A stretch of DNA of 64,000 nt from the human T2T-CHM13v2.0 reference genome, Homo sapiens. Location of the stretch: the NCBI RefSeq assembly GCF_009914755.1, contig NC_060931.1; one strand, written 5' to 3'. This document shows positions 24,994 to 38,198 of this stretch, piece after piece. A model generated the notes under the pieces. That model saw only the letters and a program-made list of their open reading frames with translations, was not told where the DNA came from and did no database searches. Numbering within the stretch: position 1 is the stretch's first letter; every line of letters starts with the position of its first letter. A program made the translations under genes and the position numbers.

Positions 24994-26472
24994 TGTGTCT
25001 GGAATTGGTGGGTTCTTGGTCTCACTGACTTCAAGAATGAAGCCACGGACCCTCGCGGTGAGTGTTACAGTTCTTAAAGGCAGCGTGTCTGGAGTTTGTT
25101 CCTTCTGACATTTGGATGTGTTCAGAGTTTCTTCCTTCTTTCTGGTGGGTTCGTCCTCTAGTTGGCTTCAGGAGCAAAGCTGCATACCTTCCCGGTGAGT
25201 ATTACAGCTCATAAAGGAATTGTGGACCCAAAGAGTGAGCAGTAGCAAGATTTATTGCAAAGAACAAAAGAACAAACCTTTCAGTGTGGAAAGGGACCTG
25301 AGCAGGTTGCCACTGCCAGCTCAGGCAGCCTGCTTTTATTCTCTTATCTGGCCCCACCCACATCCTGCTGATTGGCCCATTTTACAGAGAGCCGATTGGT
25401 CTGTTTTACAGAGAGCTGATTGGTCCGTTTTGACAGGGTGCTGATTGGTGTGTTTACAATCCCTGAGCTAGACACAAAAGTTCTCCACCTCCCCACTAGA
25501 TTAGTTAGATACAGAGTATGGACACAAAGATTCTTCAAGTCGCCACCAGAGTAGCTAGATACAGAGTGTCGATTGGTGCATTCACAAACCGTGAGCTAGA
25601 CACAGGGTGCTGATTGGTGTGTTTACAAACCTTGAGCTAGATACAGAGTGCCCATTGGTGTATTTACAATCCCTTAGCTAGACATAAACGTTCTCCAAGT
25701 CCCCACCAGAGTAGCTAGATACGGAGTGTCCATTGGTGCATTCACAAACCCTGAGCTAGACACAGGGTGCTGATTGGTGTGTTTACAAACCTTGAGCTAG
25801 ATACAGAGTGCCGATTGGTGTATTTATAATCCCTTAGCTAGACAAAAAGGTTCTCCAAGTCCCCACCAGACTCAGGAGCCCAGCTGGCTTCACCCAGTGG
25901 ATCCCGCACCAGGCGCAGGTGGAGCTGCCTGCCAGTCCCGCGCAGTGCGCCGCCACTCCTCAGCCCTTGGGTGGTCGATGGGATTGGACGCCGTGGAGCA
26001 GGGGGCGGCGCTCGTCAGGGAGGCTCGGGCTGCGCAGGAGCCCAAGGCGGTGCGGAAGCTCAGGCATGGCGGGCTGCAGGTCCCGAGCCTTGTCCCGCGG
26101 GGAGGCAGCTAATGCCCTGCGAGAAGTCGAGCACAGCAGCTGCTGGTTCAGGTGCTAAGCCCCTCACTGCCCGGGGTGGCGGGGCCTGCCGGCCACTCAG
26201 ATTGCGGGGCCCGCCGAGCCCACGCCCACCCGGAACTCGCGCTGGCCCGCAAGCACCGCGAGCAGCCCCGGTTCCCGCCCGCGCCTCTCCCTCCACACCT
26301 TCCCGCAAGCTGAGGGAGCCGGCTCTGGCCTTGGCCAGTCCAGAAAGGGGCTCCCACAGTGCAGCGGCGGGCTGATGGGCTCCTCAAGCGCGGCCAGAGT
26401 GGGCGCCAAGGCCGAGGAGGCGCCGAGAGCGAGCGAGGGCTGCGAGGACTGCCAGCATGCTGTCACCTCTCA
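24994..26472 (-). mobile_element. ERV9 solo LTR, LTR12 family (C/D/E-like)
   Basis: The minus strand starts TGAGAGGTGACAGC and ends CCAATTCCAGACACA. CpG-rich U3, ~10 CCAAT boxes in tandem repeats (25371-25820), AATAAAA TATA-like box at ~25334-25340. 4-bp TSD ATAT/ATGT. Inserted into an L2 remnant. Confidence 0.96.
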
Positions 26473-26721
26473 ATGTAAGATTTGAGTTCCTTACCATGAC
26501 ATGTAAGGCCCTTTAATATCTCTTCCTTCCAGCAGCTTCAGCCTCATCCTCTGGTAGCTGCTCCTCCCACCTCCAACCCCTCACTCAAACTTTACACTCT
26601 GTCAGTACTTGTAGTTCCCTGAACAGGCCACGCTTTTCTCACACTTTATTCCCTCTCCTTGGAATGTCTTCTCTCCTGTTTCCCCCAGTGTGTCTCTCAG
26701 GCAAGCTTTCCTTCAATAAAT

Positions 26722-27010
26722 TAGTTTGTTGTTGTTTTTTGAGACAGTTTCACTCCAATGCCCAGGCTGGAATGCAATGGCAAGATCATGGCTCATGCAG
26801 CCTTGAACTCCTTGGGCTCAGGTGATGTTCCTACCTCAGGCTACTGAGTAGCTGGGACTACAGGAGCGCATCACCACGCCTGACTAATTATTTGTAGAGA
26901 GAGGACCTCACTGTGTTGCCCAGGCTGGTCTTGCACCCCCAGGCTCAAGCAATCCTCCCACTTGAGCCTCCCAGTGCTGGGATTTTAGGGGTGAGCCATC
27001 GTGCCCAGCC
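26722..27010 (-). mobile_element. AluJ
   Basis: Diverged Alu, TSD TCCTTCAATA. Confidence 0.9.
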
Positions 27011-30000
27011 TCCTTCAATATTTATGTTGGGTGTTTACCACCTCAAGAAGCCTTCTCTGAATTTCCCGGGTGAGTTGTCCCTTGTTCCTCTGTGCCCACA
27101 TTGCAACTTGCATCTAATCCCCTCACAGCTTAAAATGAATTGAACTTATTTGTACTTATCTGTCCCCTCATTTGACTCTAAGGAGATGGATCCTGACATT
27201 TACAATTACATGTCCCCGAATATGTATGTTTTTCATGAAGATGATCCTCCACTGCCTAGCACAGAGTCTAGGGATCTCAGTAAGAATTTGTTGACTAATG
27301 ATTAAAGCATATAGTAGGGAGAAGGGAGGAAAGAAAGGAATGGAGTGAGTGACGAAGGGAAGATGCTTGGGAGTTTTAAGAAACTTTCCTTGTAGCTCTC
27401 TATCTCTTTTTCTGCTAAATAATCTTGGATCTCCCAATGCTAAATATTTTATTTTAATCATGGCTGAAACTTCTGTTCTCACCTGTTTGGATATAAATGC
27501 CAAAGTCATCCTCTGTAGCCAGGTAAGTGCCTTGAAAATTCTCCCACCTTCATTGGAAGATCTTTTGCCAGCTACCAGCTTCCACTCCAGTTTTAGTTCT
27601 TTTTTATGGACACTCTTGATCCATAACAATCTGATAAGAAAAGAAAACAAAATTTTCTTTTGAAAGTGACAGTGATGCTTAATGATAGAAATATATTCAA
27701 CCAAAGTGTCAGATTGCCCAGCAATAACATATTATAATTAAATAGTCTGTCTAAAGATATTTCTATTACAAAAAAATGCAACATTAAGTACATAACAGCT
27801 ACTTATTTTGGACATTTTGTTCATCAGTCAGAATATGTGTTAATTTTTAATTAATAAAAATCAATTTCTCAAAGAAAAATATATTTCTGGAAGTTTTTGC
27901 ATTTTAACTCTTTTGAGTTAACAAAGCTATCAGTGATAAATAAAAAAAATTGTCACTCTGAGGGTGAAGAAAGATGAAAAGATGATAACAGAGATGCTTT
28001 GTCTGTATAGAAAAATGTTGTTCTCTAAGCAAGTTTCTAAGAAGGGTTAGGGAAGAGTTTTTGTGTCAGTGTAGGTAAGGAGAAAAATAGCATACAATTA
28101 ACTATACATTAGGGATTTTTGCAAGTCAAGAGTTTAAAATGTAATCTTTAATTAGGTAGAGAAATCCCCACTCTTCAGTGTATTAGGTATCTCAGTTCTA
28201 TGGGAAATGTGGTATGAAAGGGAATTTAAGGTCTGTTACTCTAATAATCTGACCTTAATTCCCTTCTTAGTTTTCATAAACTTTTCAGAAGTAAAATCTG
28301 CTAATGAATAGTTTGTATTTTCAAAATTAATGCAATAGAAGGCAAATATTTATGCAATAAAAGAAAAAATAACTTTTAAATATTTATTTTATCAGAAATT
28401 AAAACTTAAAGGAACATCTGCTTTTGTAGTCTGCCTTTCTGTAATCAGCATTTCAACTAATCTACTACCAACACAGTGCATCTCTTTATCTTAGTCTTCA
28501 TATTTATTAAACCAAGGCTATGACTGAAACTACTTTATACCCCAAAATAGCAAACAATATACTCTTCCTGCTTCCTTAGTAAGAGAAACCATTGCCCCAA
28601 GGACATTTATTCCCTGGATATGTTTATTCTCTGGATGTGTTCTATCACTCTCTCATGTGAGATTAGGTTTCATTTATTATTGTTTTACTCTTCCTTAAGC
28701 TATTTGAATTTCCTCTCCGAAATATGCTTTAGAAAGCCTAACTTCATATCTTTCTCTCGTTTATCTCTTGCTGTCGTTCCATTATGTTACTTGTTCTTTT
28801 CTTCAAAAACTATTCTTGATTTCCCACTTTCCCATTCCTATTCCTATAATTCCTAATAGAAAAGGCCTACTACACTTGGATTTCTAACAATGTACATTCT
28901 GTACTGAGGGACATTACGCTGGCATCTTACCTATTATGAAAGGTTCCTAATTGTAATTGCTACAGAATTCTTTGAATTACCAAAAGCCTTTTACTTTTTC
29001 TCATTAATAATAGTTGTCTTTTGTTCTCTTGATTTTCAAAGCATATGAATCCATTAGCAATATATAGCACCAATATTCTAAAGCCACCTCAGATAGCTAA
29101 TTGTTTGCTATTCAGCTACTTTCAAAACCCAGTAAGAGATGTGGGGTTTACGAGTTTTCAATGTAAATGCTCATTGAAACCCCCGGGTAACCTAAGCTTA
29201 TTTTTTTCTTTTCGTTAAATTAGATCCCTGAAAGGCTGCATGGTTGTGCCATATTAACTTAAATTTTATAGAACCAGTTGTACTAAAGTATATTTTTAAA
29301 ACTGTTGACTTAATGGAAGATTTTATAAGAAAAAACATTAAAAATTTCCTTTTATATTGATGGTTTTATTTGATTATAAAACTATTGCTGAGGATATTCT
29401 TCTTAAGTAATAAAGGTTAACAGTCTTCATATAAGTACTAAATGAGAAATTTGTTTTGGAATTTGCCTGCAGAGAATAAATGGGTTTTCCAGAAATATTG
29501 ACATAATTTTTGTTTTCTGATGATAGTTATAAAATAACATATTTCTCCCCATTTCCTGCCCCAACCCTGACTGCTAGGTTACTCAAAGCAAAACGTGATA
29601 TACAATCACATTAACTATGTCAATGCTTTTAAAATTTTGGACCCTTGCATGATACCTTCATGATGTTTGCCATATCCTTATATTTCCAGAAGAATAATTT
29701 ATAATCTAATTTTAATCAAATCATGTTTTTACTTTAGCAAATGTGTCTTATAAGAACATTTGGTTATGATGTGCAGCTATGTATTTAATTCACATTGAAA
29801 TAGTATTAAACTATCAAATAAAAAATTATATATGTTTAAAATCATCTTACTATCAGTAGTACACATATATTAGAAAACATTAAATTATGTTAACTTTTAG
29901 GATTGGCTTATTTTGTCCTCATATATTTGGTTCTGATTTTTCTATTTAATAACTTTATTGTATATGCCTCTCATTGCCTCAAAATATCTTTGCTAAAAGA

Positions 30001-30612
30001 GACTTTTGGCTGCAGGTGGCAACAATTTAAGTGTAGTAGCTTATGTTTTATTATTGTTGTTGTTTGTTTTGTTTTGTTTGGTGAACTGGATCTATCTGTT
30101 CTAATAATGAAAAAGTCCAAGATAGACCTCTTCAGGCTTAGCTGGATCCAGGGCTCAATGACATCAGTAGGTCTCAGTCTTTTATTCTTCATCTTTCAGC
30201 TTTATCCTATGAAGCCACTTTTGGACAGACTCCATGTGCTGGCTCCCTGCAGCTCCAGGACATATCACCAACAAGCTTAGCAATAATTTCAGGAAAAACA
30301 AACAAGCAAAACAGGACAAAACAAATAAAAAAAACTCTTGTCTTTTCTACAAAGAGCAAAAAAGTCTTAGGTCTGGCTCTCATTGTCCTGACCAGAGTCA
30401 TGTCCCCATTACTGAACCAATCACCGTGGCATGACATTGAGTTAGGTTGATACAGCTTGAATCATGCACCTATAAGAGATGGGTCAGTTCCACCCACACA
30501 CATATATTAATAGTAGAGTGGATAGTCCTCTAAAGGAAAAGAGAGGTTTGTTTACCAGTGGTAGGGAAAATGAATGCCAGATACTAAAAAACATCAGGTA
30601 TGCATCACAAAG

Positions 30613-30806
30613 TAGGGTTGCCAGATTTAGAGGGGAAATAAAAAGCAGGACACCTGAGGACATTTACAATTCAAATAAACAATGAATAACTTTCAGTATA
30701 ATTATGTCCCATGCAACCTTTGGGACTGCTTACGCTAAAAAAGTATTTGTTATTTATCTGAAATTCAAATTTAAGTGGGTATTCTGTATTTTATCTGGCA
30801 ACCCTA
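30613..30806. mobile_element. MER53-like palindromic hAT MITE
   Basis: Terminal inverted repeats TAGGGTTGCCAGAT / ATCTGGCAACCCTA. 8-bp TSD yCACAAAG. Confidence 0.85.
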
Positions 30807-32019
30807 CCACAAAGGTATGTGAATAAATTTAATTTTTAAAAAATGTAAGATTAAGATTAACTTTAAAAGAATAGGAAAATAAGTAATCTCATATTAGGCA
30901 GCCACTTCATCCATCCAGAATCATAGGTGCTATAAACATAACTACAGTACTACATAACCTCAGTAAAAATAAATAACATTTACAATCAAATTGCCATTAT
31001 TAAAATAAAAACCAAACAATTCGATCTCAATAATGTAAGCAACCTGTTCTCACTTTATTTACATGGGTTTGGTTGATATAATTTAAGTATCTATATTTTG
31101 TACTTTCTGGTTTGTTTATCTGGTAAAGACCTATCTTATTAGGATATTTCCACTTGTTTAGCACTCCTGAAAAGTGAAACTATAGGGCATTTTGATTACA
31201 TTTATTGGGCAATGGCTACTACAATATTGCCTCGATTCATCCTCAGACTCAGAGACTCGGGATGTTTTTTGCTTATGATCATCTGATAGACTTGTATAAG
31301 GTAGGCCGATTCATCAGTCAGTGTACACTGTACATCTGCACCAACCTTATGGCAGCACTTCAGCTACCATTTGAGGAGGTACATCTCCTGTTGCATGTAA
31401 TCTTGGTAGTATTGTCAGTCCAGTGTCCTGCAATCTTTGACCAGGTGAACATGTGACACAACTCAGGCCAGGCAAACAATTTCTCCCTGAATTTTGAGTT
31501 TCAAGAGGAATTACTTTGGAGCCAAGAAAAGGAGCTGGTTCATTCTGATCAGCTAGCTGAGGAGATTGTCCATTGGTTACTTTTTTTTGCTATGATTCCA
31601 GGCAAATGATGTTGCCCCTGTTTCTGTCCTAAGATTTGTATGAGCCTTTTAATAATTTCCTTTTTGTATGCCACAGTCTGTTTCTGTTTTCAGAGACCCA
31701 TGAGCATTTCTAAGTAAAGGTAACATTATTTTGACATTTTAAATTGTATTTCTCATGTCAGCTTATAAATTCAACGTAAGAATCTACCAATACTGAAGTA
31801 GAATTTTAATGATATCATCACAGGGAGAGAAACACAAGTGAGTTCATTACCTATGTATGTTTAGTCTTCTTTTTTTTCCTAAGTAGAATTATGGGTTCAA
31901 GCAAGAGGATCTATCTTAATTTACCTTTCTAATTGTGTCAAGTACATGTTCAAGACACAACGTAAGGCTCTTGGGAAGATGTAAAGATTAAAAAGCATAG
32001 TTTTGGATTTCAATGAGTT

Positions 32020-32431
32020 AATAAAGAAGGTTGGATTCCGTAGGAAGCCAACTTTGGGATGGAGTTTAGCAGTTAGGCTGTGTATAGGAGTGTTTATGGG
32101 ACCTGTACCTGTTAGAGAGAGGGGAAGGAGGAAGCAGGAGTAGGCAGAAGGAAAAGTTAAATTTGGAGCAGACCCAGCAACAGTTTTGCTGATCCAAGGA
32201 AAACCTCTGGGGTTAGAATGGCCCTTCAGAGTATTCCTGACATTGTGTGAATTAGTCATTGTGTATGAGCTGCCAAGAAAGGGGCATGACCTTGACTGAG
32301 GTGGCTCTCTGCAATTGGAGCAATACCGAAAAGGCTGGCAGCTGATGGCTTCTGCCAACAGCCCTTCCAGCATGGGGGAAACAAGTCCTCCTGAAGGAGG
32401 ATCTTGGTGATGCATCACAGTGTCCACTACA
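32020..32431 (-). mobile_element. LTR33-like ERVL LTR remnant
   Basis: The minus strand begins TGTAGTGGACACTGTGATGC...AGATCCTCCTTCAGG. Confidence 0.6.
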
Positions 32432-32940
32432 ATTCACCGTCAAGTGTAAGAGACTACACAATGCAAACATCGGTCTGCTCTATAGTTTAAACAGTCCTTT
32501 TGTAAATAACCTCATAGAGTAATAATAGCTGCCTCAAATCTGTAAGTGAAAGAGACTTGAAAAAAAAAAAAAAACACCGTTAAACAAAAAGTTGACCACT
32601 TACTAATCCTGGGTAAAATGTGATATGAGGACTCGTGGATTTCACAGACCAGTGAAATTTCTCTCAGCAACTGAAATAACAAACGTGTGGTTATCAGCTT
32701 TTATTTTCGCCAAGTAAAGTTTTTTTTTTTAAACAATATTTAAAAAGAGAGGATATTTTAATAATAAAAGGCTGGGCATGATATCAGAATAAAGTTTAAA
32801 CTAAATAAATATTCCTTTATAAAACGTTCACCTACATTGTTCATTTCATCATGGACAGGAGAAAAGTTTGTCACTGATGGTTTGTCTGTGAACTGACATT
32901 TGGAAATCATAACCATAAGTGGGCTATAAAAAAAAAATCC

Positions 32941-33241
<301 letters not shown>

Positions 33242-34404
33242 TTAAAGTTGGAAAGATAGGTAACAAGATGAGTCAGGGTGGAGGTTTCTAGCTGAGTGGA
33301 CAGTGTGAACAAAGGCTCAGAGATGGGGAAGAGCAGGGCGTAATCACACAATGAAGTGTAGTAATTCTGCTCAGGGGAGCATTAGTCATGGAGAGGAGTG
33401 TTGAGAAATGAAACTAGAGTACGTTGGGGTCAGATTATTCAGCAGACAATAGGAAGTAGTAGAGATTTTGGGGCAAAGAATTTACATGATCCGAGTTGTG
33501 CTTTAAGAAAAGTAATTTATCAAAAAAAAAAGGTTTTATATATGACATATGCTTAAAATGGATTACATGGCAGAGATTCTGTGTCTTATTATGAAGCAAT
33601 TATAGTCCGTGAAAGGCAAAAAGAAGATATGAATTAGAGATGGGGTACTGAGAATAAGAAGGAGGAAATGAATGTAAATACGGTAGGAATAGAACCAGAG
33701 CTTGGTAATTTATTGGAGGGCTTCAGGAGACAGAAGAGAAAAAATAATGGTAGTTTCATTAACAGAAAAAGAGGGTGAGGAAGAGATAGGTTTTAGAAGA
33801 AGATAAAAAGTCCAGTTAGTTCTAAGCATCCTAACTTTAAATAATCTACCCTGGGAAGAGCAGGCTGAAGAGAAGATCTATTTCTAAAAATATGTTTCCT
33901 TTCCTGATATAATATCATGGATAGTTGAGCTTCAACTGACAAATAAATAAAGGCAGTCCTCATCTTGCTTGGTACGATGTTAACTGAATCTCATATTTAT
34001 TGAAATTATTTCCTCACTATTCACTGATTCCAAATCTCAGTCAACATGGTATCATGCAAAATGAGGGATACAGATTTCAAAAACTACATGTACGTGTTGC
34101 TGTATCTTAGTACTAATGATATTTCAGACTGCATAATTCTTTGTTGTGGGGCTGTCTGTGCGTTGGATGTTTAGCAACCTCTCTAGCTTCTACCCACTAG
34201 ATGCCAGTAGCATCTAGTATCTGATTTCAGTTACCCAGCTTGTTATTCTCTTCAGCTCATCATTCACATACATTGGCAACCTTATATATTTTTTCCATAG
34301 TGTTTCATCTCACTAATATCTTGTTGCAATTTAAAACCTTTTAGTTGTTATGATATTTTGGCATTTTTGTTATGGGTAGTTTGTACATAATACCAATTAC
34401 TTGA

Positions 34405-35010
34405 CTTATTGGTTAGTGTGTGAACTTCACTGGCCACAGGGTGCCTAGGTTAAACATTATTTCTGAGAGTGTCTGTGAGGGTGTTTCTGGATGAGATTAG
34501 CGTTTGTTTTCTTTGCTTGTTTTTTGTTTGTTTGGTTTGAGGTTTTTTTTTTTTTTTTTAACTTACCCATCCATGTAGAGATTAGCATTTGAACTAATGG
34601 ACTCAGTAAAGTACATTGCCCAAGATGGAGGGCATCATATAAACTGTTGCGGGTCTGAGTAGAACAAAAGGGAAAGGGAAGAGAAATTAACCACTTTTGC
34701 TTCCTGCCTGTCTGTTTGAGCTGGGACACATCACCTTGTCTTCTCCAGCCCTCAGACTGGGATTTACACTATCAGCTCCCCTGGGTCTCAGGCCTTTGAA
34801 CTCAGACTGACTGACATCGGCTTTCCTGAGTCTCCAGCTTGCAGATGGCAGATCATGGGACTTCTCAGCCTCCATAATCATGTGAGCCAATTCCTCATAA
34901 TAAATCTCCTTTTTTATATATAAAAAGGTGGAGACCCAGGAAGTTCAAAGCTCCAATATGTTTATATATTTCCTACTGGTTTTGTTTCTCTGGAGAACCT
35001 TGACTTATAT
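34405..35010 (+). mobile_element. MLT2 (ERVL) LTR containing a small poly(A) insertion
   Basis: GGGTGTTTCTGGATGAGATTAGC, GGGACTTCTCAGCCTCCATAATCATGTGAGCCAATTC, TCTCTGGAGAACC. Confidence 0.82.
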
Positions 35011-36744
35011 ACTTGGATTTGGATAGAAGTCACTAAGGCTGGAAGCAGAGTGATTGGTGGATAGATTCCCTGGGCAACCGCAACATCCCGTCGTGGTTCA
35101 GGCAATAGTGGGCATCTCAATAGGTGGCAAGAGCATAATCATAATACCCATATACCTGAGACATGTGACACTCTGGCATCTAGACAAGTGACACATGGGA
35201 CTTGTCATCTGAGAGGCTTGTGCACAAATAACAGGATTTCCAACCATTGAAAACAATGTTTCTGTTACAAAATTTCAAACGTGGAGACTAAAGTTAAAAT
35301 AGACAAAAGGGTGCTTCATCTTAGTGGTAGCAATGAGTAAGTAGGCAAAAAACTGAGACCGAAACTAGGAATTAGGGACAAAGCAGCAATCCAATTATCT
35401 GATGCATGTGGTGTAGAAATTGTGACTTGTGGAACAGTAAATGAAACCTGTGGAAAGTGAAGCATCTTCGAAATGGAATTATAGAAAATTGTCTTAAAGC
35501 CAAGCTCTTCCTGATGAAAGCTGCTTCTGTGCCTTTTGCCTCAAGTCAGAAGGAAGTGGGGTGGGGCTGAAAGATCAAAAGCTGCAGAGGGCCATCCACC
35601 AAGTGAGGGACAAGGACACTGTTAGCAGATGTTACAGTTAAAAAACGAAATCTGATGTCAGACCAGACTACACCCATGAAAAAGAACTGATAGTGCCAGC
35701 TATTCATGGCACACCGCATTGTCTCTCCTAAGATTCAGTGGTGGTCTTGATTTGTTTTCTTTTTCTTTTTTTCTTATGTCATTGGAACTTGTATTCCATA
35801 AGAATATTTTTCTGATGGTTTAAGTCTAATCTTGCCCATGAAAGCTACTGGAAGTCTTTGCTTTTTCCTGATTCTTATTCGCACTTCGTTTTTGCTTCTT
35901 TATATTTTATAGTTAATTAAGGAGTTTTCGCTGGTAATGCAACAAATAGTCCAGGTGCTCTTCTTGTATGAGTTCCTGTTTGTGCTCTTATATGGGAAAA
36001 AACATATAAACTGTGGTTTATCAGATTTGACCTATTTCTACATTTTAAAAAAGTAAATATTTACTGTTTCATTTATTTAATACTTATCTATTTATGAATA
36101 ATAAGTATTCTTTGTTATTTTCCTTAATTATTTCCTCTTTTCTATGGAAGAGTAAGATAAGAATAAATTAATTGCTACCTGAAATTACATTATTGGTTTT
36201 AAAATTTCATATTAATTTATACTAGCTCAATTTGTACTAGTTCAAACAGGAATAACTACCGGGTACTTACATACTTTAGGGATAGATTTTATCTCACAGA
36301 ATGTTTTTACATAATGTATATTTTTTTACATGGTATTAGCTGTTAACAATTCAATTTTACCTTGGGGTGTGTGCATGTGTGCATGCGCATATACGTTTGT
36401 GTGCATTTTCTTTACAGGAACCAACTCATTGAGTCAGACCTTTACTGTTTGCTTAATTAAATTCCTCAAGCTCATGATTCAGAATTCAAACAATATCTCA
36501 ATCTAGATGGGAATTTTTAATTTTTCAGATTGAACTTTCTTCTTCTTAGGCAATGCTCATTCTTTGTTTTCACCTCTCCCTCAAATTTCCTGCTTCTTAA
36601 TGAATTTAATTAGTCAGTCAGTCAATAATTCCATATTCATCCATCCATTCATCAAACATTTGTTTTACACTCTGTTATGCATGGCAGTCTGCTAGGCAGT
36701 GGGGGGTCAAGGGTGAGTGAGACATGGTCTCGCATGTTTAATTT

Positions 36745-37086
<342 letters not shown>

Positions 37087-37888
37087 TAATTCTTGCTCCT
37101 ATGTTTTGCTCACTGGGTGTGGTATGCTCCTTTGCCTTGATCTTCAATTTGTCACAAAATCTTGTCAATTTTCCTTTTTTTTTTTCCTGTGAAATCTGTC
37201 CTTTGCTGTTCTTTGCAGCCTCTGTTACCATCCTAGACCAGATATCTACTATAATTGGGATAGCGGCAACTGCTTATTAATGGATCTCTCTTTTTCCCCT
37301 AATTCATGGTCAGTGCTGCAGTCATAGGATCTCCTTGAAATGCAAAGCAGACTTTGTCTCAAGCCACTCAAAAACCCTTCAGTATTTTTTCATTTCCATT
37401 ACGATAAAGTCCAGATTCCTAACATTCCTCAAGGCTTTTTCTGATCCGGCTCACATAGATCTCACCTGCCTATTCAGTTCCTTGAACATGTGTTCTCTCA
37501 CCTCTGGGTCTTTGGAGGCACTTTCCCTTCTGACTCTTTATGTCGATATACTTTATCTCTCACCTTCTTTGCCATGCTTTTCCTAGCTAATTCCAACCAA
37601 ATTTAAGTCTCAGTTTTGCACTCACTACTTCCAGGATGCTTTCTCTGGGTTAGGTATCTCTTCTATGTGTACCTTTACCACAGACAGTACTAAAATTGCT
37701 TATTTTCTTGTTCTATGTCCCTCTACAAGAAACTTAAGAGCAGGGAAAATATCGTTTCCACTCTGGATACCTGGAGTCTAGCTTAGTGCTTGTTGCATTG
37801 TAGGTGCTAAGTAAGCACTTGATTGAATGAGACAACTCATGAAATGTTTTAAGAGAATACTTGCACATCTTTTAAAAATGCCTTGAGA

Positions 37889-38198
37889 GGCCAGGCATGG
37901 TGGCTCACGCCTGTAATCCTGGCACTTTGGGTGGTCAAAGCAGGAGGATTGCTTGAGGCCAGAAGTTTGAGACCAGCCTGGGCAACATTGCAAGACCTCA
38001 TCTCTACAAAAAGTTTAAAAATTAGGCATGGTGGCACATGCCTATAGTACTAGCTACTCAAGAGGCTGAGGCGAGAGGATTGCTTGAACCTAGGAGTTTG
38101 AGGCTGCAATGAGCTGTGATTACGCCATGGCACTCCATACTGGGAGACAGAGCCAGATCCTGTCTCTTTAAAAAAGAAAAAAAAATGAAAGAAAAAAA
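37889..38198 (+). mobile_element. AluJ
   Basis: GGAGGATTGCTTGAG diagnostics, degenerate TSD TGCCwTGAGA. Confidence 0.9.

Noticed and set aside
25371-25870. Regularly spaced repeats resembling a CRISPR array
   Set aside because: This is the LTR12 U3 enhancer repeat. The intervening segments are themselves repeated, there are no cas genes, and the DNA is human.
27168-27704. 178-aa minus-strand ORF
   Set aside because: Non-ATG start, no recognisable domain, begins in L2-like sequence; consistent with chance.
31921-32427. 168-aa minus-strand ORF
   Set aside because: Lies within an LTR33-like remnant, with no protein-like features.
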